Shown piece by piece: positions 8,364 through 17,790 of a stretch of 32,000 nucleotides of DNA. The position numbers and the translations under genes were made by a program. The first letter of the stretch is position 1; every line of letters starts with the position of its first letter. Below the pieces are notes generated by a model. That model had not been told where the DNA came from. It did not search any database and saw only the letters and a program-made list of their open reading frames with translations. Source of the DNA: an uncultured Verrucomicrobiota bacterium (GTDB lineage Bacteria > Verrucomicrobiota > Kiritimatiellia > CAIQIC01 > Lenti-01); contig CALMBO010000009.1 of assembly GCA_937860055.1 (NCBI GenBank), positions 54,414 through 86,413 of the forward strand, given 5' to 3'.

Positions 8364-11312
8364 TCAGGCGGCGCGCCCGGAGCTTTTCTTTCCCGGGAGG
8401 CGCACGGCGAGAAGCGCGGCGAGGGCCGCATTCATGAGCCAGAGCGCCGCCATGTCGAAGCCGTAGGTGCGGAACGTTTTTCCCGCGATCCGCTTTTCGC
8501 CGGCCATGAAGGGGGCGCGCCCCCATGCCGATCCGGGCGGCTGGTAGACGGGATCCGAAAGCCGGACGAGCCGGCCGCCCTGGATGCGGAGCGGCGCCAA
8601 CAGGCCCCTGTTGCGGGCCAGTTCGGCGATTCTCCGGTTGGTGTGCGCCTTGACGAAGGCCGACAGCCCGTCCTCGCCGTGTTCGGCGAGCAAGGCGTTG
8701 TGGATGTCGTTGCGGCGGCTCTGGACCGTTTGACGTCCGGCCTGTTCCGCGCGGGACAATTCGCGCAGGCTGGACTTGAGCGCATCCAGCCCGGAACGAT
8801 CCGGCGGGCGGAGACGGGCGGCGGCGAGGGCGGCGCCGGACAGGCGGCCGGATTCACCCTCCAGGGCGCGGAATTCGCGGACGAGCAGCGCGCGGGTTTC
8901 CTCGCGCTGTTCCGGGGTCGCGGAATCCAGGTAGAGCGCGTCGAGGCGTCCGATGATCGCGGGAATCCAATCGTTCACGAGATAGTCGATCCGGGAGAGC
9001 TCCCGGTCGACCTCCTCGAATTGCCGCTGGCAGGCGTTGGATTGGAATTGTTCGACAACCAGCGCCTCGAAGGCCCAGCGGGAGGCCGTGAGCTCGCCGA
9101 TCAGGGGGGGATGGGCGTTCGGAGCGTCTCGGGAGCGGAGATCGTCGTAGGAGACGATGAGCCCGCCCAGCAGCATCTGGGGCAGGAGCAGCAGCGGCAG
9201 CAGGATATAAACGGTGACGGCCGATTTGAACCAGGACGAGACATTGAGGCCCAGGAAGCCGCCGAAGACGGCGGCCGAGAACAGGGCGAACCAGAGCTTG
9301 GCGAAGAAGCCGGGGATCTGCAGGATGCCGGCGCCGATTCCCGCGCACACGCCTGTCTGGAGAAGGGCCAGGAGAACGACATGGAACATCTTGGCTCCGG
9401 AATAGGCGCTCCAGCTCAAATGGAGAAACCGCTCGCGGCGGAGCATGCGGCGGTCGCGCACGATTTCCTCCGCGCTCACGCTCAGGCCCAGGAAGATCGC
9501 CACGATGACGGACATGAAAAAGTAGATGTGGAGGTAGGGGTTGTCGCCGAGGACATAGGAGCCGCCGGGCGCGGCATGGCAGAGCCATGCGGTGAGGAGG
9601 GCGAGCAGCGGCGGTTCCAGCAGGTTCACGAGCCGGTAGGCGCGGTTGGCGAAGCGGGCGCGGAACGTGCGCGAGAAGAACACGGCGAGCTGGCGTGGCC
9701 ATGAGGGACGGTTGAGCTGGCGGGGCGGGAGGCCGGCGGCCTTCGTTTCGGCGGCCGGCGCCGGGGCGCTCTTCCTCCAGGCCTCGTGCCAGAACTCCGG
9801 CGGGAATTTCCGCTCGCGGGAGAAACGGCCATCGGCGTCGATCTCCTTGGATTCGATGATGGAAAAGATCTGTTCGGGGTTGACGTTTCCGCACTCGGGG
9901 CAGACGCTGCGGTCGGAGCCCGCCAGATGGGCGGCTTCGCGGAAGTGGCGGGCGGCTTCCAGGGGATGGCCCATGTAGATGGGGACGCCGCCCCGGTCGA
10001 GGATCCACAGCGCGTCGAAGAGCCGGAACAGGTTGGAGGAGGGCTGGTGGATGATCACGATGACCAGCCGTCCGCGGGCGGCCTGCGCCTTGAGCAGCCC
10101 CATGACGATGTCGGAGTCCGCGGAGGAGAGGCCGGAGGTGGGTTCGTCCACAAAGAGGACGGAGGGTTCGCGGATGAGTTCCAGCGCGATGTTCAGCCGC
10201 TTGCGCTGCCCGCCGCTGATGGTTTTCGCCAGCGGGTCGCCCACCCGGAGATCGGCGATCTCCTCCTGGTGGAGTTCCCGGAGCATTTGGCGGACGCGCT
10301 CGCGGCGTTCCTCGTCCGCCAGTTTGGCGAGGCAAAGGCGGGCGTTGTAGTCCAGGTTTTCCCGGACGGTCAGATCCTCGAAGAGCAGGTCGTCCTGGGG
10401 GACGTATCCGATGACGCCTTCGAGCGCGCCGGGGTTCCGGTACAGGTCGATTCCATTGAGGACGACCCGTCCGGAGCCGGGAGGGAGGCTCCCGTTGAGC
10501 AGGTTGATGAGCGTGGATTTTCCGACGCCGCTGCCGCCCATCACGCCGATGAGGCGTCCTCCCGTTTCGCGGAAGGAAAACCCATGGATGCCCTGTTCAC
10601 CGCCCGGAAAGCGGTACTCGACGTCTTCGGCTTCGAACCGGATCGGGGCGGAAACCGCGGCAAGGTCGAACAGGCGTTCGATTTCACAAAGGTAGGCCGC
10701 CTGTCCGCCGGGGTCGCGGAGGATCGAGCCGGGTTCGAGGGGATGGAACCGGCCGGGCGCGACCGGGTTTTCATCGAGGGAAAGCTCGCCTTGCAGGACG
10801 CGGATGAAGAAGCGCCCCGTCCACGGGCTGTGAAGGGCGGCGATTTCCGCGCGCCAGCCGGCGCGACGGAAGCGCCGGCAGAGAGGGGTGTCGGGCGAGG
10901 CGGGCGTGGCGGCGGCGAATTGCCGCCAGGCCTCCAGTTCGGCTTCGGGCACATGGAAGGCTTCCGCCACGCGGGCCATGAGACGGTCGACCCGTTCGCC
11001 GGAATCCGGGAGCGAATGGCGGATCTGCAGCGCGTGCAGCAGGAACGACTGCTTTTCGCCGGGCGACAGGAGGGTGGCGAGGCGGGCGCAGACCCCGTCG
11101 ATGCCGTGTTCGGGGGCGTCGGAGCCGGCTTGTTCCGCGTAGAGCTCCAGGAGATCGCCGAAAATGCCGAAGCTGGCATCCGTGCGGCGGAGCCCCATCG
11201 TGCCGACGAGGTAATCCTCCACCAGCCGGGCGGCTTCGTCCTTCTTTTCTCCCGCCAGCGCGGAAAAAACGGCGAATACGTGGATGATCCCGTTCAGCGA
11301 ATGTTCATGCAT
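8364..11312 (-). CDS. Fused ABC transporter: N-terminal helical (possibly TerB-like) region + ABCG-like ATPase + CxxC linker + ABC-2 type membrane domain
   Basis: Walker A MGGSGVGKSTLINLLNG, LSGGQ-like TISGGQRKRLNIALELIREPSVLFVDEPTSGLSSADS, H-loop VIIHQPSSNLF, CPECGNVN linker and multiple C-terminal TM helices. Confidence 0.92.
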   Translation of the reverse strand: MHEHSLNGIIHVFAVFSALAGEKKDEAARLVEDYLVGTMGLRRTDASFGIFGDLLELYAEQAGSDAPEHGIDGVCARLATLLSPGEKQSFLLHALQIRHSLPDSGERVDRLMARVAEAFHVPEAELEAWRQFAAATPASPDTPLCRRFRRAGWRAEIAALHSPWTGRFFIRVLQGELSLDENPVAPGRFHPLEPGSILRDPGGQAAYLCEIERLFDLAAVSAPIRFEAEDVEYRFPGGEQGIHGFSFRETGGRLIGVMGGSGVGKSTLINLLNGSLPPGSGRVVLNGIDLYRNPGALEGVIGYVPQDDLLFEDLTVRENLDYNARLCLAKLADEERRERVRQMLRELHQEEIADLRVGDPLAKTISGGQRKRLNIALELIREPSVLFVDEPTSGLSSADSDIVMGLLKAQAARGRLVIVIIHQPSSNLFRLFDALWILDRGGVPIYMGHPLEAARHFREAAHLAGSDRSVCPECGNVNPEQIFSIIESKEIDADGRFSRERKFPPEFWHEAWRKSAPAPAAETKAAGLPPRQLNRPSWPRQLAVFFSRTFRARFANRAYRLVNLLEPPLLALLTAWLCHAAPGGSYVLGDNPYLHIYFFMSVIVAIFLGLSVSAEEIVRDRRMLRRERFLHLSWSAYSGAKMFHVVLLALLQTGVCAGIGAGILQIPGFFAKLWFALFSAAVFGGFLGLNVSSWFKSAVTVYILLPLLLLPQMLLGGLIVSYDDLRSRDAPNAHPPLIGELTASRWAFEALVVEQFQSNACQRQFEEVDRELSRIDYLVNDWIPAIIGRLDALYLDSATPEQREETRALLVREFRALEGESGRLSGAALAAARLRPPDRSGLDALKSSLRELSRAEQAGRQTVQSRRNDIHNALLAEHGEDGLSAFVKAHTNRRIAELARNRGLLAPLRIQGGRLVRLSDPVYQPPGSAWGRAPFMAGEKRIAGKTFRTYGFDMAALWLMNAALAALLAVRLPGKKSSGRAA

Positions 11313-11333
11313 GGAACGGAGCCGCCCCCTGCG

Positions 11334-12149
11334 CTACTGGAGGATTTCCTTGCGGGCCTTGGCGATGGCGGGCCGCAGCTCATCCAGCTGTGCGGCGGAG
11401 ATGGCGGGCTGATCGCCCAGGATGACAAGGATGGAGACCAGCAGGTTGAGGCGGTCGTGCTTCTGGACCGTCATGGCGAACTCGGGGCTGTCGCCCAGGC
11501 GATAGAGGAGCCTCTTGTAGGCCTGGAAGGAGTCCCGCATATAGGCGACATACATCATGGAGGACGGGCTGTAGTTGGAAAGGACGCACAATTCGGAGGT
11601 GAGATGCAGTCCTTCGATCAGGAAGCCATAGAGGCCATCCACCACGAGATCGACGCCTTCGCCGGTCTGCAGCTTGTCCTGCCAGATTTCATCCTTTTCC
11701 TGGTCCTTGGCCAGTTGCCGCAGCCGTTCCTCCCCGCCGGGCTGGTCGATCTGGTCGAGCGCCTCGCGGTAGCGGCGTTCCATGTCGGGTTGCGGATAGC
11801 CCAGCTGTTCCAGCAGCCGGTAGAGGCCCTGGCCATAGCGGGCGGTGGGTTCGCGCTGGTCGAACGTCGATGCATAGGTCAGGTCCATCAGGTACACGCC
11901 CACCATCAGGCGGCGCCTTTCCATGCTTTGGAACCGGTCGACATCGACGGGGGCGACGAGTTCCGGCAGATAGGAGGATCCGCTTTCGCGCAAGGCCGCC
12001 ATCACTTCGCCCATCCGGGGCCCTTCCTTCTGGACGGCCTCGACATCGCCTTGGATCTGCTTCCGGAGTTCGTCGGAGATCTCGAATTCGGAAGCTTCCA
12101 GCGCCGTCGCCATCAACGCCATCCCCAACGCCATGCCGCATGCCTTCAT
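11334..12149 (-). CDS. Conserved hypothetical secreted protein, likely co-transcribed with the ABC transporter
   Basis: Signal-peptide-like MKACGMALGMALMATALEASEF followed by ~250 helical residues. Stop lies 21 nt before the ABC gene. Start reassigned to 12149 from the 12224 ORF. Confidence 0.7.
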   Translation of the reverse strand: MKACGMALGMALMATALEASEFEISDELRKQIQGDVEAVQKEGPRMGEVMAALRESGSSYLPELVAPVDVDRFQSMERRRLMVGVYLMDLTYASTFDQREPTARYGQGLYRLLEQLGYPQPDMERRYREALDQIDQPGGEERLRQLAKDQEKDEIWQDKLQTGEGVDLVVDGLYGFLIEGLHLTSELCVLSNYSPSSMMYVAYMRDSFQAYKRLLYRLGDSPEFAMTVQKHDRLNLLVSILVILGDQPAISAAQLDELRPAIAKARKEILQ

Positions 12150-12328
12150 CTTCACGTGCCACCTCCTGTTTCCCGTGGACCCGGCGACCGCCGGTCGCCA
12201 ACATGCGGGAGAATGCTGAACCATTCGGGAAGTCGCGTCAACGGTTTTGTGATTTCCCGGCCCGGCGCTTCCGCGACTCCCGGCATAGGCAGGGCGAGGC
12301 GGCCGGCGGATGGGGCCTGGCCGTTTCC

Positions 12329-12357
12329 TTGCCTTGCCGGGGTCGTTGTGCTACAAG
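12329..12357 (+). promoter_or_regulatory. Candidate extended -10 promoter for the orphan STAS gene
   Basis: TTGCCT - 17 nt - TACAAG, with TG one base upstream of the -10 (TGcTACAAG). Confidence 0.4.
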
Positions 12358-12383
12358 GGCCCCAACCAAGAAAGGCGGGACAC

Positions 12384-12746
12384 ATGGCTTTGACGCTGAA
12401 GGTTGCTGAGAATACGCCGCGCATCTTCGTGGTGTCGCTGGGCGGGTCGCTGGATAGCACCACTTTTCCCGCGCTGGAGAAGAAAATGGACTCCCTGATC
12501 GTCGAAGGCGCGGCCAAGGCCATCACGCTGGACCTGGCCGGGCTGGAGTTCATCAGCAGCATGGGCATCCGGGTCATCTTCAAGGCCAAGAAAGACCTGG
12601 TGCGCACCGGCGGCTCCCTGTTCCTGGCGCGGGTTCCGCCGCCCATCCAGAAGGCCCTGGAAATCATCAATGCGCTTCCGTCCATGCAGATTTTCTCCAG
12701 CATCCAGGAAATGGACGACTATCTGGCCAAGATGCAGAAGCCATAG
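12384..12746 (+). CDS. STAS-domain protein (anti-sigma factor antagonist-like)
   Basis: MALTLKVAENTPRIFVVSLGGSLDSTTFPALEKKMDSLIVEG...LDLAGLEFISSMGIRVIFKAKKDLVRTGGSLFLARVPPPIQKALEII. RBS-like AAAGG upstream. Only the last part of the 9786..12746 ORF is real. Confidence 0.9.
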   Translation: MALTLKVAENTPRIFVVSLGGSLDSTTFPALEKKMDSLIVEGAAKAITLDLAGLEFISSMGIRVIFKAKKDLVRTGGSLFLARVPPPIQKALEIINALPSMQIFSSIQEMDDYLAKMQKP

Positions 12747-12798
12747 GCTGTTTTGCGGCCCAGGCGGAACGCGGGCGGGGTCGGGGGAGCCGTCCGGG

Positions 12799-13728
12799 CT
12801 AGCCATTCCCTGGCGCGCCGTCCGGTCCGGCCGCAAGCCCGATCGTGACGTGGCTGTTGCGGATCTGCGCTTCGATCTGGCGGCGCAGGCTGGCCGCCAC
12901 CGCCTGGATTTCCCCGGCCTTCTTTTCCGGGGCGAATTCCAGGAGGATTTCGATGTAGGCCTCCGGGCCCGATCGCCGCGACCGGATGCCATGGAGGAAC
13001 TCATAGCCGTCGAAATGCCTCGCCAGTTCGCGCAGGATCAGGATCTGGTCCTCCTCCTCGAGCGTCCGGTCGAGCAGTTCGCCGACCGAGGTGGAAAAGA
13101 TGCCCATTGCGGCCATCAGGATGGAGCCGGCGATCACGAGGGACGCGGCCGGGTCGATATAGCGCGCCCACCAGAAGCGCGCCAGGACGATGCTCGCCGC
13201 CAGCGAAAGGAGGATGAAGGCGTTGGCCGCCGCGCGCGTGAAGTGGAGGCGCGCCTGCGCCTCCAGCAGCGGCGAATTCTCCTGTTTCGCCGCGCGCCGG
13301 CATCGCCGGGCCACGACGCCGTTGATCACGACATAGACCAGCTGGGCCGCGATGCTGATCTGGATGCCGATGCCGGCGAGATGGGCGGGGTGCAGGATGT
13401 TGCGGACGGCGTTTCCAGCGATGACCAGCAGGCAGGCCGTCATGAGCACGCCCACGAACAGGCTGGCCAGGTGCTCCATCTTGCCCAGGCCATAGTCGAA
13501 GCCTCCGCCCGACCCGCGAGCCATTCGCCGGATCGCCCACCACGAGAGAAAGACCGCCACGAATTCGAGGAAGGTTTTGCAGAAGTCGGCGAGGATCACT
13601 GCCGAGTTGGCGGCGGCCATGGCGCCGAAGGTGACTAGGGTGTCCGCCAGCGCCATGATCGAAGCCTGGCGGGCGACCTTTTCCCGCGAGAGATTGGGTT
13701 TTCCGGCGGTTTCAGCCGGCGACTGCAC
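12799..13728 (-). CDS. Cation diffusion facilitator (CDF) family transporter
   Basis: Six-TM CDF-like N-terminal domain (FDYGLGKMEHLASLFVGVLMT; YIDPAASLVIAGSILMAAMGIFSTSVGELLDRT) and a cytoplasmic C-terminal domain. Starts with GTG. Confidence 0.85.
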   Translation of the reverse strand: MQSPAETAGKPNLSREKVARQASIMALADTLVTFGAMAAANSAVILADFCKTFLEFVAVFLSWWAIRRMARGSGGGFDYGLGKMEHLASLFVGVLMTACLLVIAGNAVRNILHPAHLAGIGIQISIAAQLVYVVINGVVARRCRRAAKQENSPLLEAQARLHFTRAAANAFILLSLAASIVLARFWWARYIDPAASLVIAGSILMAAMGIFSTSVGELLDRTLEEEDQILILRELARHFDGYEFLHGIRSRRSGPEAYIEILLEFAPEKKAGEIQAVAASLRRQIEAQIRNSHVTIGLAAGPDGAPGNG

Positions 13729-13962
13729 GGGCCGCCCCCTTTCCGGGGGCCGCCGCGGGGCGGCCTGGAAGTCGAATGGCGCAACGTGCTTCTGCGGTCA
13801 TGATGCCGGTTTTCCCATGATGCATGGACGGGGGCAGGATAATCTTCCGCCGTAGGCGCACAAGCCGGAAATGCGCGCCCTGGAATCCGCGCTGCCGGAA
13901 ACACCCGGCCGCCGCCGGCCGGAAGCATCGGACGGAGCCTTCCTGTCGTATAAGGGGGGGGG

Positions 13963-15759
13963 CTAGAGGTAGTCCTCGGCCTGGAGGCGCGCGAGGTAGT
14001 CCTTGGGATCGACGAGCGTCTGCTGGGCGGGCTCGGGAGCCATGTCCACGTGCTTGCCGAGTTTGGTGCGCTTGATCCAGAACTGGGGCTGCTGCTCGGC
14101 GAGGGCGATGCTCTTGGAGTGCTTCACGATGCGGTCGAGGGCGGAGATGTATTCGCCGAAGAAGATGCCGGCGATCGCGGTGACGGAACGCTGGGCGACC
14201 TTGTCGGTGAACATGGAGCGGGTATTGAGGCTTGCCTGCATGTAGTCGTCGCGCGCGCGCAGGATCTGCTGGGCGATCTCCTGGATGTTGTCCTTGTCCG
14301 CGTCGAGGGAGTCGATGACGAGCTTGAAGATGTGGAGTGCGTTCTCGTAGAGGCGGAAGAGGGTGTCGAAGGATTCCTTGTCCACGATGGCCTCGGGGAC
14401 CTTCTGGCGGCGCAGGGACAGGTCGCAGATGGATTCGATGTGGTCGCCGATGCGTTCAAGGTCGACCATGCAGCGGTCGATGTGCTGCAGCAGGACGGCC
14501 TGGCGCTTGGAGAGGTAGCGTCGGGTGAGGCTGTCGAGGTATTCCTTCATGGCGAGCTTGACGTCGTTGACGACCTGCTCGTTGAGCTTGATGGCCTGGA
14601 TGTCCTGCGGGGTGTGGGCGAAGAGGATGGTCTGGCCGGAAAGCCGCAGGCTCTTGAAGCAGATCTTGGCGACGCGCTGCAGTTCGCGGATGCTGGCGCA
14701 GACGGCCTGTTCGGGGTATTCCAGGAGCTTGTCGTCGAGATAGCTGGGTTCGGGTTCGGGCTTGCGGCTGCGGAAAATGCGGGTGATGAGCCGGGCATAG
14801 GGGACGGAGAAGGGGAGGACGAGGAAGGCCGCGACGACCATGACCGTGGTGTGGAGGTTCGCGGACTGGCGCACCACCAGCTCGGCGAGCTGGGTGGAGG
14901 CCGCATCGGCGGGGATGGGCGTGATCTTCTCCAGGAACCAGACCAGCGGCTCCTTGAGCAGGGAGGCGAGGGTGACGTTGAAGATGTTGAAGATCAGGTG
15001 GGCATAGGCGGAGCGCTTGGCGTTCATGCTGGTGCCGATGCTGCCCAGCAGGGCGGTGGCGCAGGTGCCGATGTGCGCGCCGAAGATGATCGGCATGGTC
15101 TGCTCGACGCTGGTGAGCACGCCGGCTTGCGCCAGCGCGAAAGCCATGCCGATGGTGGCGCCGCTGCTCTGGATGATGGAGGTGAGCAGCGTGGCCATCA
15201 GGATGCCGAGCACCAGGCCCCGGGTCGTTTCGCCGCTGATGGACGCCATGATGGGCTTGAGCAGGTCGCGGTACGGCTGGATGGCGCCGCTCATGAGGTT
15301 CATGCCAAGGAACAGCAGGCCGAAACCCATGATGGACAAGCCGATTTTTTTCACCTTCGGGTTCTTGGCGATCATGCTCAGGATGAAGCCGATGGTGACG
15401 GCGAAGAGCGCGTATTTGCCGAGGCTGAACGAAATCGCCTGCATGGAGACGGTGGTGCCGATGTTGGCGCCGAGGATGACCGGAATGCTCTGGGTCAACG
15501 ACATCAGGCCGGCGTTGATGAAGCCGACGACCATGACGGTGGTGGCGCTGCTGTGGACAAGGGTCGCGATGAGGGTGCCCAGTCCGATGCCCGACAGCTT
15601 GCGGGTGGTCATGACCGAGAGGACGCTGCGGAGTTTCTGGCCGGCGGCTTCGCGCAGGCCGTCCGACATGATGTTCATGCCGAAAATAAACAGCGCCAGG
15701 CCGCCGAGGACCTGGAAGGCCAAGAAGAACAGGGCGCCGGGAGTCATCAGTGGATCCAT
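13963..15759 (-). CDS. Na/Pi cotransporter family protein with C-terminal PhoU-like domain
   Basis: GLALFIFGMNIMSDGLREAAGQKLRSVLS, GTLIATLVHSSATTVMVVGFINAGLM, LVLGILMATLLTSIIQSSGATIGM; the C-terminal helical RELQRVAKICFKSLRL and VVDLERIGDHIESI segments are PhoU-like. RBS AGGAGA. Confidence 0.93.
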   Translation of the reverse strand: MDPLMTPGALFFLAFQVLGGLALFIFGMNIMSDGLREAAGQKLRSVLSVMTTRKLSGIGLGTLIATLVHSSATTVMVVGFINAGLMSLTQSIPVILGANIGTTVSMQAISFSLGKYALFAVTIGFILSMIAKNPKVKKIGLSIMGFGLLFLGMNLMSGAIQPYRDLLKPIMASISGETTRGLVLGILMATLLTSIIQSSGATIGMAFALAQAGVLTSVEQTMPIIFGAHIGTCATALLGSIGTSMNAKRSAYAHLIFNIFNVTLASLLKEPLVWFLEKITPIPADAASTQLAELVVRQSANLHTTVMVVAAFLVLPFSVPYARLITRIFRSRKPEPEPSYLDDKLLEYPEQAVCASIRELQRVAKICFKSLRLSGQTILFAHTPQDIQAIKLNEQVVNDVKLAMKEYLDSLTRRYLSKRQAVLLQHIDRCMVDLERIGDHIESICDLSLRRQKVPEAIVDKESFDTLFRLYENALHIFKLVIDSLDADKDNIQEIAQQILRARDDYMQASLNTRSMFTDKVAQRSVTAIAGIFFGEYISALDRIVKHSKSIALAEQQPQFWIKRTKLGKHVDMAPEPAQQTLVDPKDYLARLQAEDYL

Positions 15760-15909
15760 CTCATTTCTCCTGAATCAAAACCAATATCTTCCGAAACAGT
15801 GGGCCGGGTTGTCAATCTCGAGGGAAGCCGAACGGTAGAAAACCCGGTCCGGAGGGAGGGGGCAGAGGAAGCGCTTTACGTGGGGGGGAGGGCGCCGCCC
15901 GGGGCGCGC

Positions 15910-16608
15910 CTAGGCCGTGTAGACCATCCAGAGGCCGGCGAGGAGGACCAGGACGCCGCAGGTTTTCTTGAGGATCAAGGCGCCCCGCGAGGCCTCGTTC
16001 CAGTCCAGGTAGTGCTGGACGCTTTCGGTGAAGGTGCCGGCAAGGACGATGACGGCGCAGTGGCCGATGCCGTAGGCCAGCAGGAGGAGGATGCCGTAGG
16101 CCATCCGGGAATCGGCCAGCCGGAAGGTGACGGCAAGCATGGGCGCCATGAAGGCAAACGTGCAGGGACCCAGTGCGACGCCGAACACCAGGCCGAGGAG
16201 GAAGGCCGCGAGGCGGCCGCGCTTCTTCATTTTGACCTGTCCCGGACCGGTGAACGGCATCGGGACAATTCCCAGCAGATGCAGGCCGACGAACAGGAAA
16301 ATCGCGGCCACGAAATAATTGCCATAGGCGCCGACGTCGCCCAGCATGCGCCCGGCCGTTGCCGTGACGGCGCCGATGAGTCCGATGGTGACCAAGATGC
16401 CCAGCGCGAACAGCAGTGCGATCTGGAAGGCGCGTTTCGTGGAGATCTGTCCTTGTTCGTCGATGAATCCGACGATGAGCGGGATGCTGGCGAGATGGCA
16501 GGGGCTGAGCAGGATGCTCAAGAGGCCCCAGGCAAACGCGGCGGAGAGTGCGACGGCGGGGCCGCCCTCGATGGCTCGGGTCAGGGCGGTGAAAAGTTGC
16601 TCAAGCAT
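15910..16608 (-). CDS. CcdA/DsbD-like transmembrane thiol-disulfide electron carrier
   Basis: Six-TM protein with the paired active-site cysteine motifs LLSILLSPCHLASIPLIVGFI and VFGVALGPCTFAFMAPML. Confidence 0.9.
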   Translation of the reverse strand: MLEQLFTALTRAIEGGPAVALSAAFAWGLLSILLSPCHLASIPLIVGFIDEQGQISTKRAFQIALLFALGILVTIGLIGAVTATAGRMLGDVGAYGNYFVAAIFLFVGLHLLGIVPMPFTGPGQVKMKKRGRLAAFLLGLVFGVALGPCTFAFMAPMLAVTFRLADSRMAYGILLLLAYGIGHCAVIVLAGTFTESVQHYLDWNEASRGALILKKTCGVLVLLAGLWMVYTA

Positions 16609-16611
16609 CGG

Positions 16612-17790
16612 TCAAGTCTCCGGTTGCGGGAACCATCGCCGGGTGCGGGTGCAGATCTTCACCAGCCCGAGCATGACGGGCACCTCGATCAGGACGCCCA
16701 CCACGGTGGCCAAGGCGGCCCCCGAGCTGAGGCCGAAGAGCATCGTGGCCGTGGCGATGGCGACTTCGAAATGGTTGGAGGCACCGATCATCGCGGCGGG
16801 CGCGGCGTCGGCATAGGAAAGCTTCAGGACGCGGGCGGCGGCGTAGCTGAGCCAGAAGATCAGGAGGGTCTGGAGGAACAGCGGGATCGCGATCCAGAGG
16901 ATCGTCAGGGGGTTGGCCAGGATGACCTCGCCCTTGAAGCTGAAGAGGAGGACGAGGGTGGTCAGCAGGGCGATGATCGTGACGGGGGTGAGGACATGCA
17001 GGAACTTTTCCCTGAACCAGGCCTCGCCCTTCGCCGCGAGGATCCACTTGCGCGAATAATAGCCGGCGACGAGCGGCAGGGCCACGTAGATGGCGATGGA
17101 AAGCAGCAGGGCCTGCCACGGGACGGGGAGGCGGCCGACGCCCAGCAGGAATCCGCCGAGCGGGCCGTAGAGCAGGAGCATCGTCAGGGAGTTGATGGCC
17201 ACCATCACGAGGGTGAGGCCGTCGTTGCCGCGCGCGAGATAGCCCCAGACCAGCACCATGGCCGTGCAGGGGGCGATGCCCAGCAGGATGCACCCGGCCA
17301 GATAGCTGCGCCACAGGGGCACCTGAAGCATTTTGACGCCTTCGGCCAGCACCACCGTGCCCGCGCCGTGCTCCGCGCCCACGGGCAGGTCGAGACCGAA
17401 GGGCATCTTGACGAGATCGACCGCATCCGTTCCGATGAACGTCCGGAAAACGAATCCAAGGAAGAAATACGCGATGGCGTACATCGTGAACGGCTTGATG
17501 GCCCAGTTGATGAACAGCGTCAGCCACACGGGCTTGCCGCTCTTGCCCGCCTGGATCACCGAGGCGAAATCGATCTTCACCATGATGGGATACATCATGA
17601 AGAACAGGCAGACGGCGATGGGGATGGAGACCACCGGCGCGCCGTTGACGAAGATGGCCATGCCATCGAGGGTCTTGGCGAAATCCGGCGCGAGCTTGCC
17701 GAGGAGAATGCCGCCGGCGATGCACAGCGCAACCCAAAGGGTCAGGTAGCGTTCGAAGGGGTTGGTCAGCTTGCGATTTTCTCCGTTCAT
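16612..17790 (-). CDS. acr3: Arsenite efflux transporter, ACR3 family
   Basis: [96 protein letters not shown]. Start ATG at 17790 overlaps the arsM stop. Confidence 0.96.
   Translation of the reverse strand: MNGENRKLTNPFERYLTLWVALCIAGGILLGKLAPDFAKTLDGMAIFVNGAPVVSIPIAVCLFFMMYPIMVKIDFASVIQAGKSGKPVWLTLFINWAIKPFTMYAIAYFFLGFVFRTFIGTDAVDLVKMPFGLDLPVGAEHGAGTVVLAEGVKMLQVPLWRSYLAGCILLGIAPCTAMVLVWGYLARGNDGLTLVMVAINSLTMLLLYGPLGGFLLGVGRLPVPWQALLLSIAIYVALPLVAGYYSRKWILAAKGEAWFREKFLHVLTPVTIIALLTTLVLLFSFKGEVILANPLTILWIAIPLFLQTLLIFWLSYAAARVLKLSYADAAPAAMIGASNHFEVAIATATMLFGLSSGAALATVVGVLIEVPVMLGLVKICTRTRRWFPQPET

Noticed and set aside
9786-12383. Upstream portion of the 986-aa plus-strand ORF 9786..12746
   Set aside because: Antisense to the ABC transporter and its secreted partner. 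Only the final 120 codons (from 12384) encode a real STAS domain.
13730-13765. GGCCGCCCC...GGGGCGGCC inverted repeat upstream of the CDF gene
   Set aside because: Can fold several ways, consists only of G/C and has no U-tract; in this composition it is not convincing as a discrete element.
15760-15909. TTGACA on the minus strand upstream of the Na/Pi gene as a promoter
   Set aside because: The -35 is a perfect match, but the nearest AT-rich -10 candidates are 20-21 nt away, so the spacing is poor; not called.
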